Part shown: piece after piece, positions 10,478 through 21,100 of the stretch | How positions within the stretch are numbered: position 1 is the stretch's first letter | Layout of the letters: each line of letters begins with the position of its first letter | Source: an uncultured virus (IMG/VR IMGVR_UViG_3300027884_000001) | Lineage: Duplodnaviria > Heunggongvirae > Uroviricota > Caudoviricetes | Length of the DNA stretch: 64,000 nucleotides | Direction: 5' to 3' (one strand) | IMG/VR virus record: IMGVR_UViG_3300027884_000001 | The notes under the pieces: generated by a model | What the model saw: only the letters and a program-made list of their open reading frames with translations | Databases searched by the model: none | What the model was told of the DNA's origin: nothing | Translations under genes and position numbers: made by a program

Positions 10478-11896
10478 TCACTTCGTCTTCTTCCCGAGGT
10501 ACTTCGTCTTGACCTTGCCGTCGTCGCCCCACCACATCGCCTGCAGGTAGGGGCCGTGAGGGCACGAGTAGCAGTCGGGCTTGCCGCAGCGAATCCACTT
10601 CTCCTGGATCTTGGCGTGGGGCGGGTAGTCGACGACGTCCTCTATCGGACGAGCCCGCTTTGACCGCGCCGGCTCTAGCGCGACCTCCTGGACGGGCTTG
10701 CCCTTGGTCGACCTCCTGGTCCTTGGCTTGGGCTCCGGCTGCGCAGCGGGGCTCCCAGCGGGCCTAGGCAAAGGGTTCTTGAGGCTCTTGAAGCGGAAGA
10801 CTGGGGCCTTGGCCGCCTTCTTTACAGATGGGGTCGCTTCACTGGCGCGCGAGGCCCGCGCCTTCCGCGACGGACCCGGCGTCGAGGATCCAGCCTTGGC
10901 GATGAGGACGACCCCGGCCGCGGCAGCTGCGACCACGAGGGCCGCCTTACCGAGCGAGACCGCCGTCGACTCCGTCGGAGGTGTCCCAAGAGTCTCAGGC
11001 TTGCCAGGTCCCTGAACGTCAGGATCGGTCCGGGTCGCCTGATCGGTCCTAGGGTAAGGGAATGCAGGCAGAGACTGAGTGACGGCCGAGACTCGGGCCT
11101 CCACCGTGGCTACAGGGACGCCTCTCTCGATCCGTACGGGCGGGGGCGGTGGGGACGAGGCTACCGGCGACGGCGAGACCTGCGGCACCGAGGACGGCCA
11201 GGCTTCGACCCGAGTCCACGGCTCGGCCTGGGTCGCCAGCTCGCTCCTAGGATAAGGGCCCACAGCAACAGCGGGCGCAGGGACCTCTCTCTCGATCCGG
11301 TGGTCGACGACGGTCCGGACCGCGCGCCCGATCGTCTCGCCCTCGTCGACGCGGTCGCCCTCGACCGGGCCAGCGGCGATCTTCTTGACGCCCTCATAGA
11401 CGTGGCGAGCCCCGTCGTCGGCAACGATCTCAACGACCTTGTCCGTCTTGTAGTGGACGACACCCTCGACCGCGGCTCGCACGCGACCCTGGATACCAAC
11501 AGCAAGCGGCTCGTAGACCGACTCGATGACGACGTCCGTGGTAGGCGGCTCCGCAGGCGGACCTTCCTCGAGCAGCTCGTCGATGACGCTTTCCGCCTGC
11601 TGAGCCTTGAGCTTCTCGATGCGATCCAGTTCGGCGCGCATCTCGCGCTCGTGCTGCTTGCGCTTCTGTTCGCGAAGACGCTCTCGCCACTCCTCGCGCC
11701 AGATCGGCTCGCAGTTGGTCGCGCGCGTCGCGCTGCCACCGCCACCGGCGCCAGACTGCTGCTGTCCGGGCAACACCTTCGGCCGCACCGGCGTCGGCGT
11801 GGGCGTCGGCGTGGGCGACGACGGCCCCGGACCGAGTCCGTGCGTGACGATGTTCTCGCCGATGCCCGGGATGCCGGCGATCGAGAGGACGTTCAC
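10478..11896 (-). CDS. Multidomain membrane protein: degenerate M23-like domain, Pro-rich linker, TM, C-terminal DUF6788-like Cys/His domain
   Basis: 'VRAAVEGVV...DDG.RHVY...VEGDRVDEGETIG' lacks the HxxxD/HxH ligands; TM 'AALVVAAAAAGVVLIA'; 'RCGKPDC.SCPHGPY...GKVKTKYLGK'. Confidence 0.5.
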   Translation of the reverse strand: MNVLSIAGIPGIGENIVTHGLGPGPSSPTPTPTPTPVRPKVLPGQQQSGAGGGGSATRATNCEPIWREEWRERLREQKRKQHEREMRAELDRIEKLKAQQAESVIDELLEEGPPAEPPTTDVVIESVYEPLAVGIQGRVRAAVEGVVHYKTDKVVEIVADDGARHVYEGVKKIAAGPVEGDRVDEGETIGRAVRTVVDHRIEREVPAPAVAVGPYPRSELATQAEPWTRVEAWPSSVPQVSPSPVASSPPPPPVRIERGVPVATVEARVSAVTQSLPAFPYPRTDQATRTDPDVQGPGKPETLGTPPTESTAVSLGKAALVVAAAAAGVVLIAKAGSSTPGPSRKARASRASEATPSVKKAAKAPVFRFKSLKNPLPRPAGSPAAQPEPKPRTRRSTKGKPVQEVALEPARSKRARPIEDVVDYPPHAKIQEKWIRCGKPDCYSCPHGPYLQAMWWGDDGKVKTKYLGKKTK

Positions 11897-11906
11897 GCGT
11901 CAGCTC

Positions 11907-12449
11907 TCAGACTTTACCGCGCTGAGCCGGCGTGCCTGGCGTGTTCACCACGGCGTTGCCCGCGAAGTCCAGAAGCGTCTGCGTGCTCTGCACCGTGACG
12001 CCGTCGTCCTCGTACAGCGTGAAGGTGCCAGGTAGACCACCGATCGTAGTCGCCCGGTTGGTGTCGTACTGACGCGCGAGCTTGGCGTCCGGTCGCAGCT
12101 CGCTCACGAAGATCGTGTCGCTGGCCAGACCGCTCGTGCCGACGCCCGACGAGTTGTATTCGGCGACCAGGATCTGCGGCAGCCCGGTCAGCGGCGTGAA
12201 GCCGAGAAGCGGCACGTTGAGGATCGCTTGGTACATGCCGTTGCCGATGTCGGTCATCGGCTGAAACTTGGTGACCCATCCAACCGTCTTGAACGTGTAG
12301 TCGTTCCAGTCGAGGTAGCTGTTGGTCGTCGGCGCCTCGCGCACGGCCACCGTGCATGTCAGACCCGGCACGCCGCCGACACCGATCAGGTTGACGACCA
12401 GCTCGAGGGCCCCGTCCGCGTCGTTGTAGTCGAACTCCAGCGTCCCCAT
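11907..12449 (-). CDS. Putative virion structural protein
   Basis: Thr/Gly/Val-rich, beta-type composition within the structural block. Confidence 0.45.
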   Translation of the reverse strand: MGTLEFDYNDADGALELVVNLIGVGGVPGLTCTVAVREAPTTNSYLDWNDYTFKTVGWVTKFQPMTDIGNGMYQAILNVPLLGFTPLTGLPQILVAEYNSSGVGTSGLASDTIFVSELRPDAKLARQYDTNRATTIGGLPGTFTLYEDDGVTVQSTQTLLDFAGNAVVNTPGTPAQRGKV

Positions 12450-12729
12450 GACGACGATGCTAGCTCAAGTCAGCTGGCTGGTTCTACCGGTGGCTCGATT
12501 CCCAGAAACTTCCTCGCGCACGCAGCGCAGTAGCAGCAGTGACGCGTGTCGCCGTCCGGGTTGGTCACGAAGAACGGAACGGTGATGACGTGATCCTTGA
12601 CGTCGAAGCCGTGGAAGCCCATGGCGCCAGCGCAGCGCCAGCCGCCTGTGTAGATGGACTCGCCAGGATCGCCGCGCGGCGCAGCCTTGAGGCGCCCGTC
12701 TTCCGGATCATGCACCCAGACAACTGTCA

Positions 12730-15700
12730 TCACTGCCCCGACTCTCTACGGCACAGCGCAAGCATCGTCTCCAGGTGCGGCTTCTGTCCGTCCGGGGTCG
12801 TCGGCCGCCGAAGGATCTCCTCGTAACACATCACCGCCGCCTTCTTGTTTCCCGCCCAGTACGCGGAGATCGCCAGCTCCTGCAGCGACAGCCACGTGTA
12901 CGCCTCGACGTTCACGAACAGCGAGTCGTTCGGGATCGGAAGCTCGGACGCGGTGCGCGCAACCACGACGGCGAGCGCATAGCGCTTCTGTTTCTCGTCA
13001 CGAAGCCAGTTAGCCAGCTCGCAGAGCGGTTCAGCGCGCGACGGTCGCAGCTCGTAGGCCCGCATGTACGCAGTGGTCGGATCCTTGCCCTGCTCTCGGA
13101 TGATGCGTGCAATCTGCAGCGCCGAGAAGAACCTCTCCTCGTCCCAGCCGCCCATCGCGATACGCCGTTCGTACTCGACGATGGCCTTGTCGCCCTGCTG
13201 CGCGTCGCGGTAGCTCTGCGCCAGGTAGAACTGCGCCCGGCAGTCGTCCGGGTGGTCGATGAGCCACTTGGACAGGTCCTTGGCGTGCTTCATGTACTTG
13301 ATCGTGTTCGGATCACGATCCTGGTCTCCGGTCGCGAAGCGGTTGCCACCGATGCGTCGGTAGATGAGCGAGCTAGCGTCCGCAGCGGTGCCGCGCCAGG
13401 TGAGCTGCTCGTGACGGATGCCTTCGTAGAAGAACCCCTTGCCGCTCTTGAACAGCTGGATGCGTGGGTAGCGAAGGCCGCCGTCGTGGATGTACACCTG
13501 GTAGGCGTCGGCCGTGAGGTTCTTAGGGATCTCGCCCTCGATCGTGTCGTCCGGATCGAGGATGAGCACGTAGTCGGTCTTGCGCTCGGCGATGGCGAGC
13601 GCCTCGTTGCGCGCCGCGGCGATGAATCCGATACCGCGCTTCCAGTCGACCTCGGGAGTCTTGCGCTGGTAGACGTCGGCACCGATCGCACGGCACACGT
13701 TCACGGTGTCCTCGCCGCCGTCGACGACCACGGTCATGGCGTCGACCATCTTCATGCACGACACCAGGGCTCTGGCGACCACGGTGGCACCTTCGTTTCC
13801 CTTGGCGATGATGACAAGTCCGACCGTCGGCCGTCCGTCCGCACGCGGCGGCGCGCGTTCCGGAGCTGGCGGCAGCTCGGCGTTCTTGCGGAAGATGACG
13901 AACGACGCGAAGCCGGTGTCGAGCAAGATCTGTTCGAAGTCCTTCAAGTCCTCGTCGATGACCTGCTTGATCGGCGAACCGTTGTTGCCCTTGTCGTCGT
14001 ACCACCCGAAATAGTCGTGGATGACGAAGTAGCCGCCCGGACGCACGTGCGGCACGTAGCGCGCGACGTCGTTGCGCGCGTCACCCTTGAGGTGACTGCC
14101 GTCGATGAGCAGTACGTCGATGACGCCGAGCGATCCCGGATCGACTTCGTCGGAGTACTTGTCGATCTTCTCGACGTAGTCGGTCAGTCGAGCCTGCGAC
14201 AGAAGCTCGTCGGCTTCCTTGGTGGGGAACGGATCGATCGAAACGACGCGACGCTTCTTCTTGGCCAGAAGCTGCGCGTAGTTCACGTCGGGACGCTGAT
14301 GGGCCGCCATCGGTTCTTTCCATCCCGCATCCACCATCGCCACCCCCGACGCGAGCGCGAGCGTAGAGAAGCCTTGGAAGCGGCCGATCTCGACCACGAG
14401 CGACGCGCGTGTCGAGGCGACGATCGCTCGGAGCATCAGCCCCAGGCCCATCTCGGAGCCGCCCACGGACAGCGAGCTGCGTAGCAGAGCCAGGTGCGAG
14501 CCGAACTCGGGCGGGAACGGCTCCTTGTTGATCGCCAGATTTTCCTGACGCATCGTCATCTCGACCGACTGCGGCGGCCGCTGCGGTGTCGGTGTGTCGC
14601 GGTAGGCGTCGATGACGCGCTCCTCGACCGCGGGCGTCGTCTGATCGGGCTTGAGCTTGGTGCGCGATCCGTCCTTTCCTGGCCGAGTCTCGATGGCGCG
14701 CTCGATCGAACGGATGTAGCGGTTGTGCGGCGTCCATCCCGGCTCGCGCGTCTGCCGGATGGCCGCCATCGCCCTGGCCGGATCGAAGCCGAGGGCCACG
14801 CGCAAGGCGAGGTAGCCGAACGACGGACCGCGCGAGCCGCCCAGGCGGCAGTGCGTGTACAGCACCGCGTTCGGATCGCTGAGCGTCTGCTCGGCGTAGT
14901 CCATCGCCTTGTGCAAGATTGCTTCGGTGATGTCCATACCGTTGTCGTCGAACTCGAAGCGCGCCCTGCGCTCCTTGGGCCACTTGCCGTCGTCGTCGTG
15001 CTCGTGCTCGGCGCTCAGGACGTGCGTGATACCGAGCTTCTCGAGCGCCTTGCCGTCGTCGGCGTTCATGATGGATCCGCCGATCAGGACGCGGTCGTGC
15101 GCCCAGTACCGGCGCGCCGTGCCGCCCCACTGGTGGTGCGGCTGTTCCTGAGGCAGAGTGTTCTCGTAGAAGCACACGTGCGAGCCGGCGCGCGCTTCGT
15201 GCGACTGGAATCCGAAGACGTAGCGAACGCCGCCCCAGTCCGGATGGTTTTCGACGGAGAACTTGCCGCCCGCAGCCTTCATGAAGTCGACGAAGTAGTC
15301 TTCGTTGCTGATCTGCGGATCGGTCTGGTGGTACGGCCACTGCGTCGCGATGAGGTACTTGCTGCAGCTGCTGTGCAATGCCGGAAACAGCTTCGAGCGC
15401 AGCTCGAGAGGCGCTTCGCTCAGCGACCACGTGGCCACGAACGCGACGCGCTTGCCTTTGAGCATCGGCAAGAGCGCACCGATGTTCTTCTCGACCAGGA
15501 GCGTCGCCGTCCCGTCGCGCAGCACGACGTCACTGGTCACCGGGACGCCGCAGAGCTGCAGGTACGCGCGCTGGAACTCTCGGATGTGCGGCAGGTCAAG
15601 GATGACGTACGAGCCGCGGAAGCCGTCGTTGTAGAGCATTCGGCAGAAGTTGCCGTGCGCGCCGCCGAACTCGACGATGACGTCGACGTCGTCCACCAAC

Positions 15701-17130
15701 CGCTTGCCTGCGGCGCGCTCGTAGCGCATCAGCATGTAGGTGTGCTGCACGGTGTTCGGCGACGCGCCGCTGTCGCGCGAGTAGGTGTGCGGGACGGTGT
15801 CCGTCGCTTTGCGCGACAAGGTCTTCCACCGCGTCTCCCACTGCACGTCGGCTCGTAGCGCGTCGTACATGGGATGGAAGACATCCAGCTCGCTCTGGTC
15901 CACCATGTCGCTCCAGGTCAGAAACGACGCGATCGGCGCCGTCTTGACGAGCTGCGCGACCTTACCCATCTGGCTGCGCCAGAAGTCGGTGAGGGTGGTG
16001 TCGTCGATGACGTCACCGAGAGCGAGCAGGTTGTCGCGCAATTCGCTGAGGACCTCGCTACTGGGACGCTTCGGAGCGGAGCCGAAGATCGCGGGCATCG
16101 CGCTGCCACCGACAAGTCGCATCGCGCTCTCCCAGTCGGGCGCGAGCGCGTCCGGACTGCGATCGGGCACGTACCACCGGCCGGGAGCCTCTTTGCTATG
16201 CCACGCCTCCATGAAGTCGCGCTCGAACTTGGCCGGATCGTCGGTGATGAGCGATCCGTTCTCGACGGCCTCGCGGATGCCGCCGAAGCCGTTGACGCAG
16301 AGAACGTGCGTGCGCGTCTGGAACTTCTCCGCGAACGCCACGCAGCATCCGAACGTCTCGGGCATCGTGTTCACGAAGAAGAGGCCCTCGGCCGAGGCGA
16401 TGAGCCTGCGGTACTCGATGAGCGACTGCGATCCGATGAACGAGATTCCCATCATCTTGTCGGCGTCGCTGAGCGTCTTCGGCTTGTCGCCGTAGAAGTC
16501 GGAGAAGCCCGGAACAGCTACGATGAGCTTGGCCTTCGCCAGGATCTTCTTCTTGCCGTTCGGGCCGTCGTACTTGCGCTTGAACGCTCGCCACATCTCG
16601 AGCGTCGCGTCGAGCCCCTTCATGGGCGCCGAAACGTAGACGAAGCGGCCAGGGACCTTCTCCGGTGGCGGCTCGCTGCCAAGATCGTAGTCGAGCGCGG
16701 GCGGGATGACGATCTTCTCCTTGGCGTACGTGAAACCGTCGGCTTGCCACTTGGTGTTCACGACGACCGCAGCTTGGCCGGACTCGAGAAACGGCCGATG
16801 CACCTCGTAGGGCGGGCAGCAGATGTCGGTGGCGCGGATGACGACGCGAAGTGTGCGGATTCCGGACGGCGGGACCGTCATGCGCTCGACATACAGGCAG
16901 CGCGTCGTCATCCCTGCGGCTTGTGCGAGCGGGATGTAGCGGACGCCGTCCTCGGTCACTTCCGAGGTGACGCCGTTGGCGACGACGACCTTGTGACCAC
17001 GCCGAGCGAGCGCGTGGGCGACAAGCACGAGTTCCAGCTCGGAACCGCCCAGGCCTGCCTGCCCTTTCGTCGTCGAGAAGCTGAAACCTGGACCCACAGA
17101 ATTCACGAACAGAACGTCGGCGTCGGTCAT
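12730..17130 (-). CDS. Multi-enzyme fusion: GT-B glycosyltransferase + sugar O-methyltransferase-like + dual-specificity phosphatase + class I SAM methyltransferase + GT2 glycosyltransferase + TPR
   Basis: GLGGSE...ETFG (GT-B); IVEFGGAHG...ILDLP...ATWSLSE (MTase); HCRLGGSR (CX5R); VVEIGRFQGFST...LLIDGSH...RPGG..VIHD (Methyltransf_24-like); IIAKGNE...AARNEAL...LILDPDD...YEGIRHEQ (GT2); FYLAQSY...P.RAEPL (TPR). Start taken at ATG 17130. Confidence 0.85.
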   Translation of the reverse strand: MTDADVLFVNSVGPGFSFSTTKGQAGLGGSELELVLVAHALARRGHKVVVANGVTSEVTEDGVRYIPLAQAAGMTTRCLYVERMTVPPSGIRTLRVVIRATDICCPPYEVHRPFLESGQAAVVVNTKWQADGFTYAKEKIVIPPALDYDLGSEPPPEKVPGRFVYVSAPMKGLDATLEMWRAFKRKYDGPNGKKKILAKAKLIVAVPGFSDFYGDKPKTLSDADKMMGISFIGSQSLIEYRRLIASAEGLFFVNTMPETFGCCVAFAEKFQTRTHVLCVNGFGGIREAVENGSLITDDPAKFERDFMEAWHSKEAPGRWYVPDRSPDALAPDWESAMRLVGGSAMPAIFGSAPKRPSSEVLSELRDNLLALGDVIDDTTLTDFWRSQMGKVAQLVKTAPIASFLTWSDMVDQSELDVFHPMYDALRADVQWETRWKTLSRKATDTVPHTYSRDSGASPNTVQHTYMLMRYERAAGKRLVDDVDVIVEFGGAHGNFCRMLYNDGFRGSYVILDLPHIREFQRAYLQLCGVPVTSDVVLRDGTATLLVEKNIGALLPMLKGKRVAFVATWSLSEAPLELRSKLFPALHSSCSKYLIATQWPYHQTDPQISNEDYFVDFMKAAGGKFSVENHPDWGGVRYVFGFQSHEARAGSHVCFYENTLPQEQPHHQWGGTARRYWAHDRVLIGGSIMNADDGKALEKLGITHVLSAEHEHDDDGKWPKERRARFEFDDNGMDITEAILHKAMDYAEQTLSDPNAVLYTHCRLGGSRGPSFGYLALRVALGFDPARAMAAIRQTREPGWTPHNRYIRSIERAIETRPGKDGSRTKLKPDQTTPAVEERVIDAYRDTPTPQRPPQSVEMTMRQENLAINKEPFPPEFGSHLALLRSSLSVGGSEMGLGLMLRAIVASTRASLVVEIGRFQGFSTLALASGVAMVDAGWKEPMAAHQRPDVNYAQLLAKKKRRVVSIDPFPTKEADELLSQARLTDYVEKIDKYSDEVDPGSLGVIDVLLIDGSHLKGDARNDVARYVPHVRPGGYFVIHDYFGWYDDKGNNGSPIKQVIDEDLKDFEQILLDTGFASFVIFRKNAELPPAPERAPPRADGRPTVGLVIIAKGNEGATVVARALVSCMKMVDAMTVVVDGGEDTVNVCRAIGADVYQRKTPEVDWKRGIGFIAAARNEALAIAERKTDYVLILDPDDTIEGEIPKNLTADAYQVYIHDGGLRYPRIQLFKSGKGFFYEGIRHEQLTWRGTAADASSLIYRRIGGNRFATGDQDRDPNTIKYMKHAKDLSKWLIDHPDDCRAQFYLAQSYRDAQQGDKAIVEYERRIAMGGWDEERFFSALQIARIIREQGKDPTTAYMRAYELRPSRAEPLCELANWLRDEKQKRYALAVVVARTASELPIPNDSLFVNVEAYTWLSLQELAISAYWAGNKKAAVMCYEEILRRPTTPDGQKPHLETMLALCRRESGQ

Positions 17131-17216
17131 TGTTTGCCACGTACTTCGACGCTCTACCGAGCGCAAGTCTTGGAGCGAACCACGACCGACACGATCTTCT
17201 TCGGGATGACGTAGCG

Positions 17217-18116
17217 CTACCGGCTCACGTACTGCGGGCAGGACAGGCAGTGCGGGTGCGAAGAGCGCCCGCCGTTCTTACTGAGCGCGCGAACGAAGGC
17301 TCGGTGCCGATCCGACTGCCAGAGCTTGTCGAGCGACGTGTCGTGGACGCTGCCGAGATCAAAGTGACCGACCACGTCCTGGCAGCACATGAGCATGTCG
17401 CCGCGATGGTTGATGATCGCGCGGACGGTGGGCTCGTGGCACGGCTGCGACGCGTACTGCGCCGCCAGCTCGGTCACCGGATGCGTCGGACTGAAGTGCG
17501 ACGCCACATGCGTCATGTGCATGATGTTGAGCTGCGTCCTGCGGAACAGTGTTCGCAGCCAAGCTCCGCGTTGCTCCCGATCCTCGGGCCCTACCCAGGG
17601 GCCGGACAGCTTCTTGTACGGGTACTGAGAGCTTGGGTAGAGCGCGATGTCCAGTCCGTCGAACTTGCCATCCAGCTCGGCGGCGAGTTGCGGCGTCATG
17701 AGATCGGCGTTGGTGGCGGCCCAGATGCGCGTGAACCCCAAAGACCTCGCCAGCACCGCGATGTGCGGCAGACGCTTGTCTTCGAGCGGCTCGTTGTAGT
17801 GCTGTAGCCCCACGAAGCGGCAGCCCATGGCGTGCGCCTGACTCATGACGCGGTAGAGCGCGTCGAGCGACAGTTCGTGCTCCTCAAACCAGGACTGGAC
17901 AGCTTTGCGATCCGGATGCGAGTTACGAATGCAAGCCGCGCATCGACGGTTGCATGTCGAGTGCGTCTCGATCTCGAGCATGCCGAACATCGGGATCGGC
18001 TCGAGGACGTCGGACTCTCGGATCTTGGGCGTCGGGACGTACTCTTTGCTCGACGATGCTCGGACCTTCATGACGGGAAGACGGCGCCCCGCTTGACTCG
18101 TCGAATCGTTGTTCAT
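17217..18116 (-). CDS. Radical SAM protein with SPASM/twitch domain
   Basis: CNRRCAAC (CxxxCxxC), YNEPL, ATNA; C-terminal 'C...I...GD..MCC.D...LGSV...L..LW.S...C..C'. Confidence 0.9.
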   Translation of the reverse strand: MNNDSTSQAGRRLPVMKVRASSSKEYVPTPKIRESDVLEPIPMFGMLEIETHSTCNRRCAACIRNSHPDRKAVQSWFEEHELSLDALYRVMSQAHAMGCRFVGLQHYNEPLEDKRLPHIAVLARSLGFTRIWAATNADLMTPQLAAELDGKFDGLDIALYPSSQYPYKKLSGPWVGPEDREQRGAWLRTLFRRTQLNIMHMTHVASHFSPTHPVTELAAQYASQPCHEPTVRAIINHRGDMLMCCQDVVGHFDLGSVHDTSLDKLWQSDRHRAFVRALSKNGGRSSHPHCLSCPQYVSR

Positions 18117-18127
18117 CTTCCACCTAG

Positions 18128-21100
18128 CTAGAACGTAATGAGTAGTAGCCCGTCGCTACCCTTGCCACCAGCGCCACCCGTGCCGCCCCAACCGCCAGAG
18201 CCGCCGATACCCGCGCCACCGCCACCGCCACCGCCACCACCACCACGGCCTCCGAACCCGGTTGCGCCCGCACTGCCAGGCTGCCCGCTGGCGGTCACGC
18301 CGCCCGTCGCGCCAGCGCCACCTGCGCCACCATTGCCGCCATACCCACCGGAGCCGGTTGTAGAACCGCCCGGTCCATATTCGTCGGCACTGGCCGCGTT
18401 ACCGCCAGCGCCACCGCCACCGCCACCGGCCGCGCCGGTGATCGTGCCGCCGCCGGAGGACGCGCCCGGAGCGCCGCCGGACGGAGGTCCAGACGTCAGA
18501 CCTGCGGTCGTAATTCCAAAAATAGTCAATGCCACAGATGCAGAAGGCGCGCCTCCCACAATGCCTACCTTGCCAGTGCCACCGCCCGCACCGCCCGCAC
18601 CGCCGGTGATGATGCCGTTGCTGATAAGCACCGGAACCCAGAATGACGGATACGGCCAGCCACCGGTCGTGCCTACCGCGCCACCGGCACCTGCCGAGCC
18701 AGTTGCTCCTGAACCGTTACCTCCGCCGAAACCACCTTGTGCGGTCGTGGTTTGATTTTCATTCGCCTGACCGAACACGATGAGAGCTGTTGTACCGCCG
18801 GAAGTTGCACCGAATGCCGTGAGCGCACCATTCGCACCCGTCGATCCAGCGCCACCCTGACCCGCGGCAAGCGAAGCGGTCCCGCCCGCGCCACCCGCGC
18901 CACCCGCGCCACCGGCACCGATCGTCATACCGTATAGCTGATTGAAGTTCAGCCAGAGCGTGACTTCTTGACTGAACGCGGCGCCGCCAGGAAACCCTCC
19001 TCCGCCACCACCACCAGCAATGTTGTTGCCTGGCGTCGCGCCACCCGCGGTTGCGCCGTGACCGCCACCTCCGCCACCTCCGCCACCGGCGCCAGGACGT
19101 CCGAGGATGCGCGCGAGAAATGTTCCGCCCGTAGGTCCTGACGGTGTCCACTGCGTGTACCCCGCCGTCGTGAACAGAACCGCGGTCACCGAGTAGCCGC
19201 CACCAGGACCAGTCGGACCCGTCGGTCCTGTGGGGCCCGTGGGTCCAACCGCCGTGGGACCGGTGGGGCCCGTCGCGCCCGCAGCGCCAGTTGGACCCGT
19301 CGGGCCCGCGGGGCCTGTTGCTCCTGCAGGTCCGGTCGGACCCGTAGCGCCTGCGACACCGGTTGGGCCCGTTGGTCCAGTCGCACCTGCAGCGCCAGTG
19401 GGTCCTGTCGCTCCTTGTGCGCCGGTCGGACCGGTTGCACCTGCAGCGCCCGTAGGGCCGGTTGCGCCTGTCGCTCCTGCCGCGCCACTCGATCCGGTAG
19501 CGCCAGTGGCGCCCGTAGCACCGGTCGCGCCCCGCACGCCACCAGGACTCACCGCGTATGGCTCGCCGATCACTGCTGCGGCAGATGCCTTGAATGCGAC
19601 AAGTTGTGCGAGCCACGTGGCCGACGCGCCCAAGATGGCGCTCGCGTCTGTCGAACCCGTTGTCGCTTGCGTCTGATCTTCGATGGACAGAAGCGCGTTG
19701 AGCGGAGATCGGAACGCGTAACCGCCACCAGGCACGATCGGGATACCCGACGAAGCGACCACTCCGAAGAGCAGATCGCGAGCAACCGTCGTCGTCGTGT
19801 GCCCGCTCGACGCAGTCAGTCCGCCGCCCGTTGTTCCGATCGCGACGTCGACTGGGCTCGCGCTCGTGACGCCTGCGTACTCGGCTGCCTGGATGAACAG
19901 CGTCCCCGACGACGCTCCGGCTGTCGTGACCGTGACGACGTTGCCGCCCGTGGCACCGGTGATGCCTGGCGCGTACCAGACCTGCAAGATCGATCCGCCT
20001 TGCGTCAGCGCGCTCGCGGCTGGCGAGTACGTGTTGCCAGCGCTGTCGGTGACGGTGCCGACGGTCTGGCCGCCGATCACGATCGCGACGGCGATGAGAT
20101 CGCCCGCCGCCTGCGGCTGCGAGAAGATCGCTGAGGCGCCCGTCAGTCCGTTGCCCGAGAGCTGCCCGAAGTTGGTCTGCTGGACGTACTGCGGGCCGCC
20201 GAGCGCGTTTCCTAGATCGCCGGTGTTCTGTAGCCAGACGCCGGTGATGCCGGTCGTGATGCCGGCCACCGTGTAGTAGCCAGCCGTCGGTCCGGTGCCG
20301 CCGCCTGTGGGACCGACGTAGACCGTCTGATCGAGCGCCATCCACGCGTTGTCGACGACGCCGACGAGAACTGTCTGGCCAGGAAGCGGCTGGGTGTACG
20401 TCGTGGTCGTGGTCGTGAAGGCATTGATCCCTGACGCTCCGGTGGGTCCTGTTGGTCCGGTGGCTCCGGCCGGACCCGTTGGTCCCGTAGCGCCCGCAGA
20501 ACCGGTCGGTCCCGTGGGGCCAGTCGCTCCCGCTGCGCCGGTCGGACCCGTGGCACCCGCCGCCCCTGTGGCGCCGGTTGATCCCGTCGCACCCGTGGGT
20601 CCGATGATCCCCGCCGGCACCACGGGGGCCGGACTCAAGATCGTCACGCCTGTCGCTGCATTGCCCGGGTAGCCGCTGTTCTGGAGCCACGCGCCAGTCG
20701 ATCCGGTCGGCAAGAGCACCGAGAAGTAACCGCCGATGGTGCCGCCTGCGGTGCCACCCGGACCAACGAACACCTCTTGCCCAATCGCCATCCAGCTCGC
20801 TTGCGCGAGCGCGACTTGCACCGAGGATCCGCTGGCCGGCATCGTGAAGCCGGCCGTCGTCGTCGTGAACGCGTTGATACCCGATGCGCCCGTGGGGCCT
20901 GTCGGTCCAGTCGCGCCTGTGGCGCCTGCTGCTCCCGTGGCGCCCGTCGCGCCGGTTGGCCCTGTCGGCCCTGTCGGCCCTGTCGGCCCTGTCGGCCCTG
21001 TCGGTCCGGTCGCACCTTGTGCACCGGTCGCTCCCGTCGCTCCCGTTGCTCCCTGCACGCCACCCGGAGTGACAGGTGACGGTTGCAGGATCGTCGCACC

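Noticed and set aside
12775..17214. Long plus-strand ORFs opposite the glycosyltransferase fusion
   Set aside because: Antisense shadows typical of high-GC coding DNA; no motifs.
17155..17219. Possible TAG read-through of the radical SAM gene (in-frame RYVIPKKIVSVVVRSKTCAR follows)
   Set aside because: Only 20 codons, and other genes appear to end normally at TAG; no evidence for recoding.
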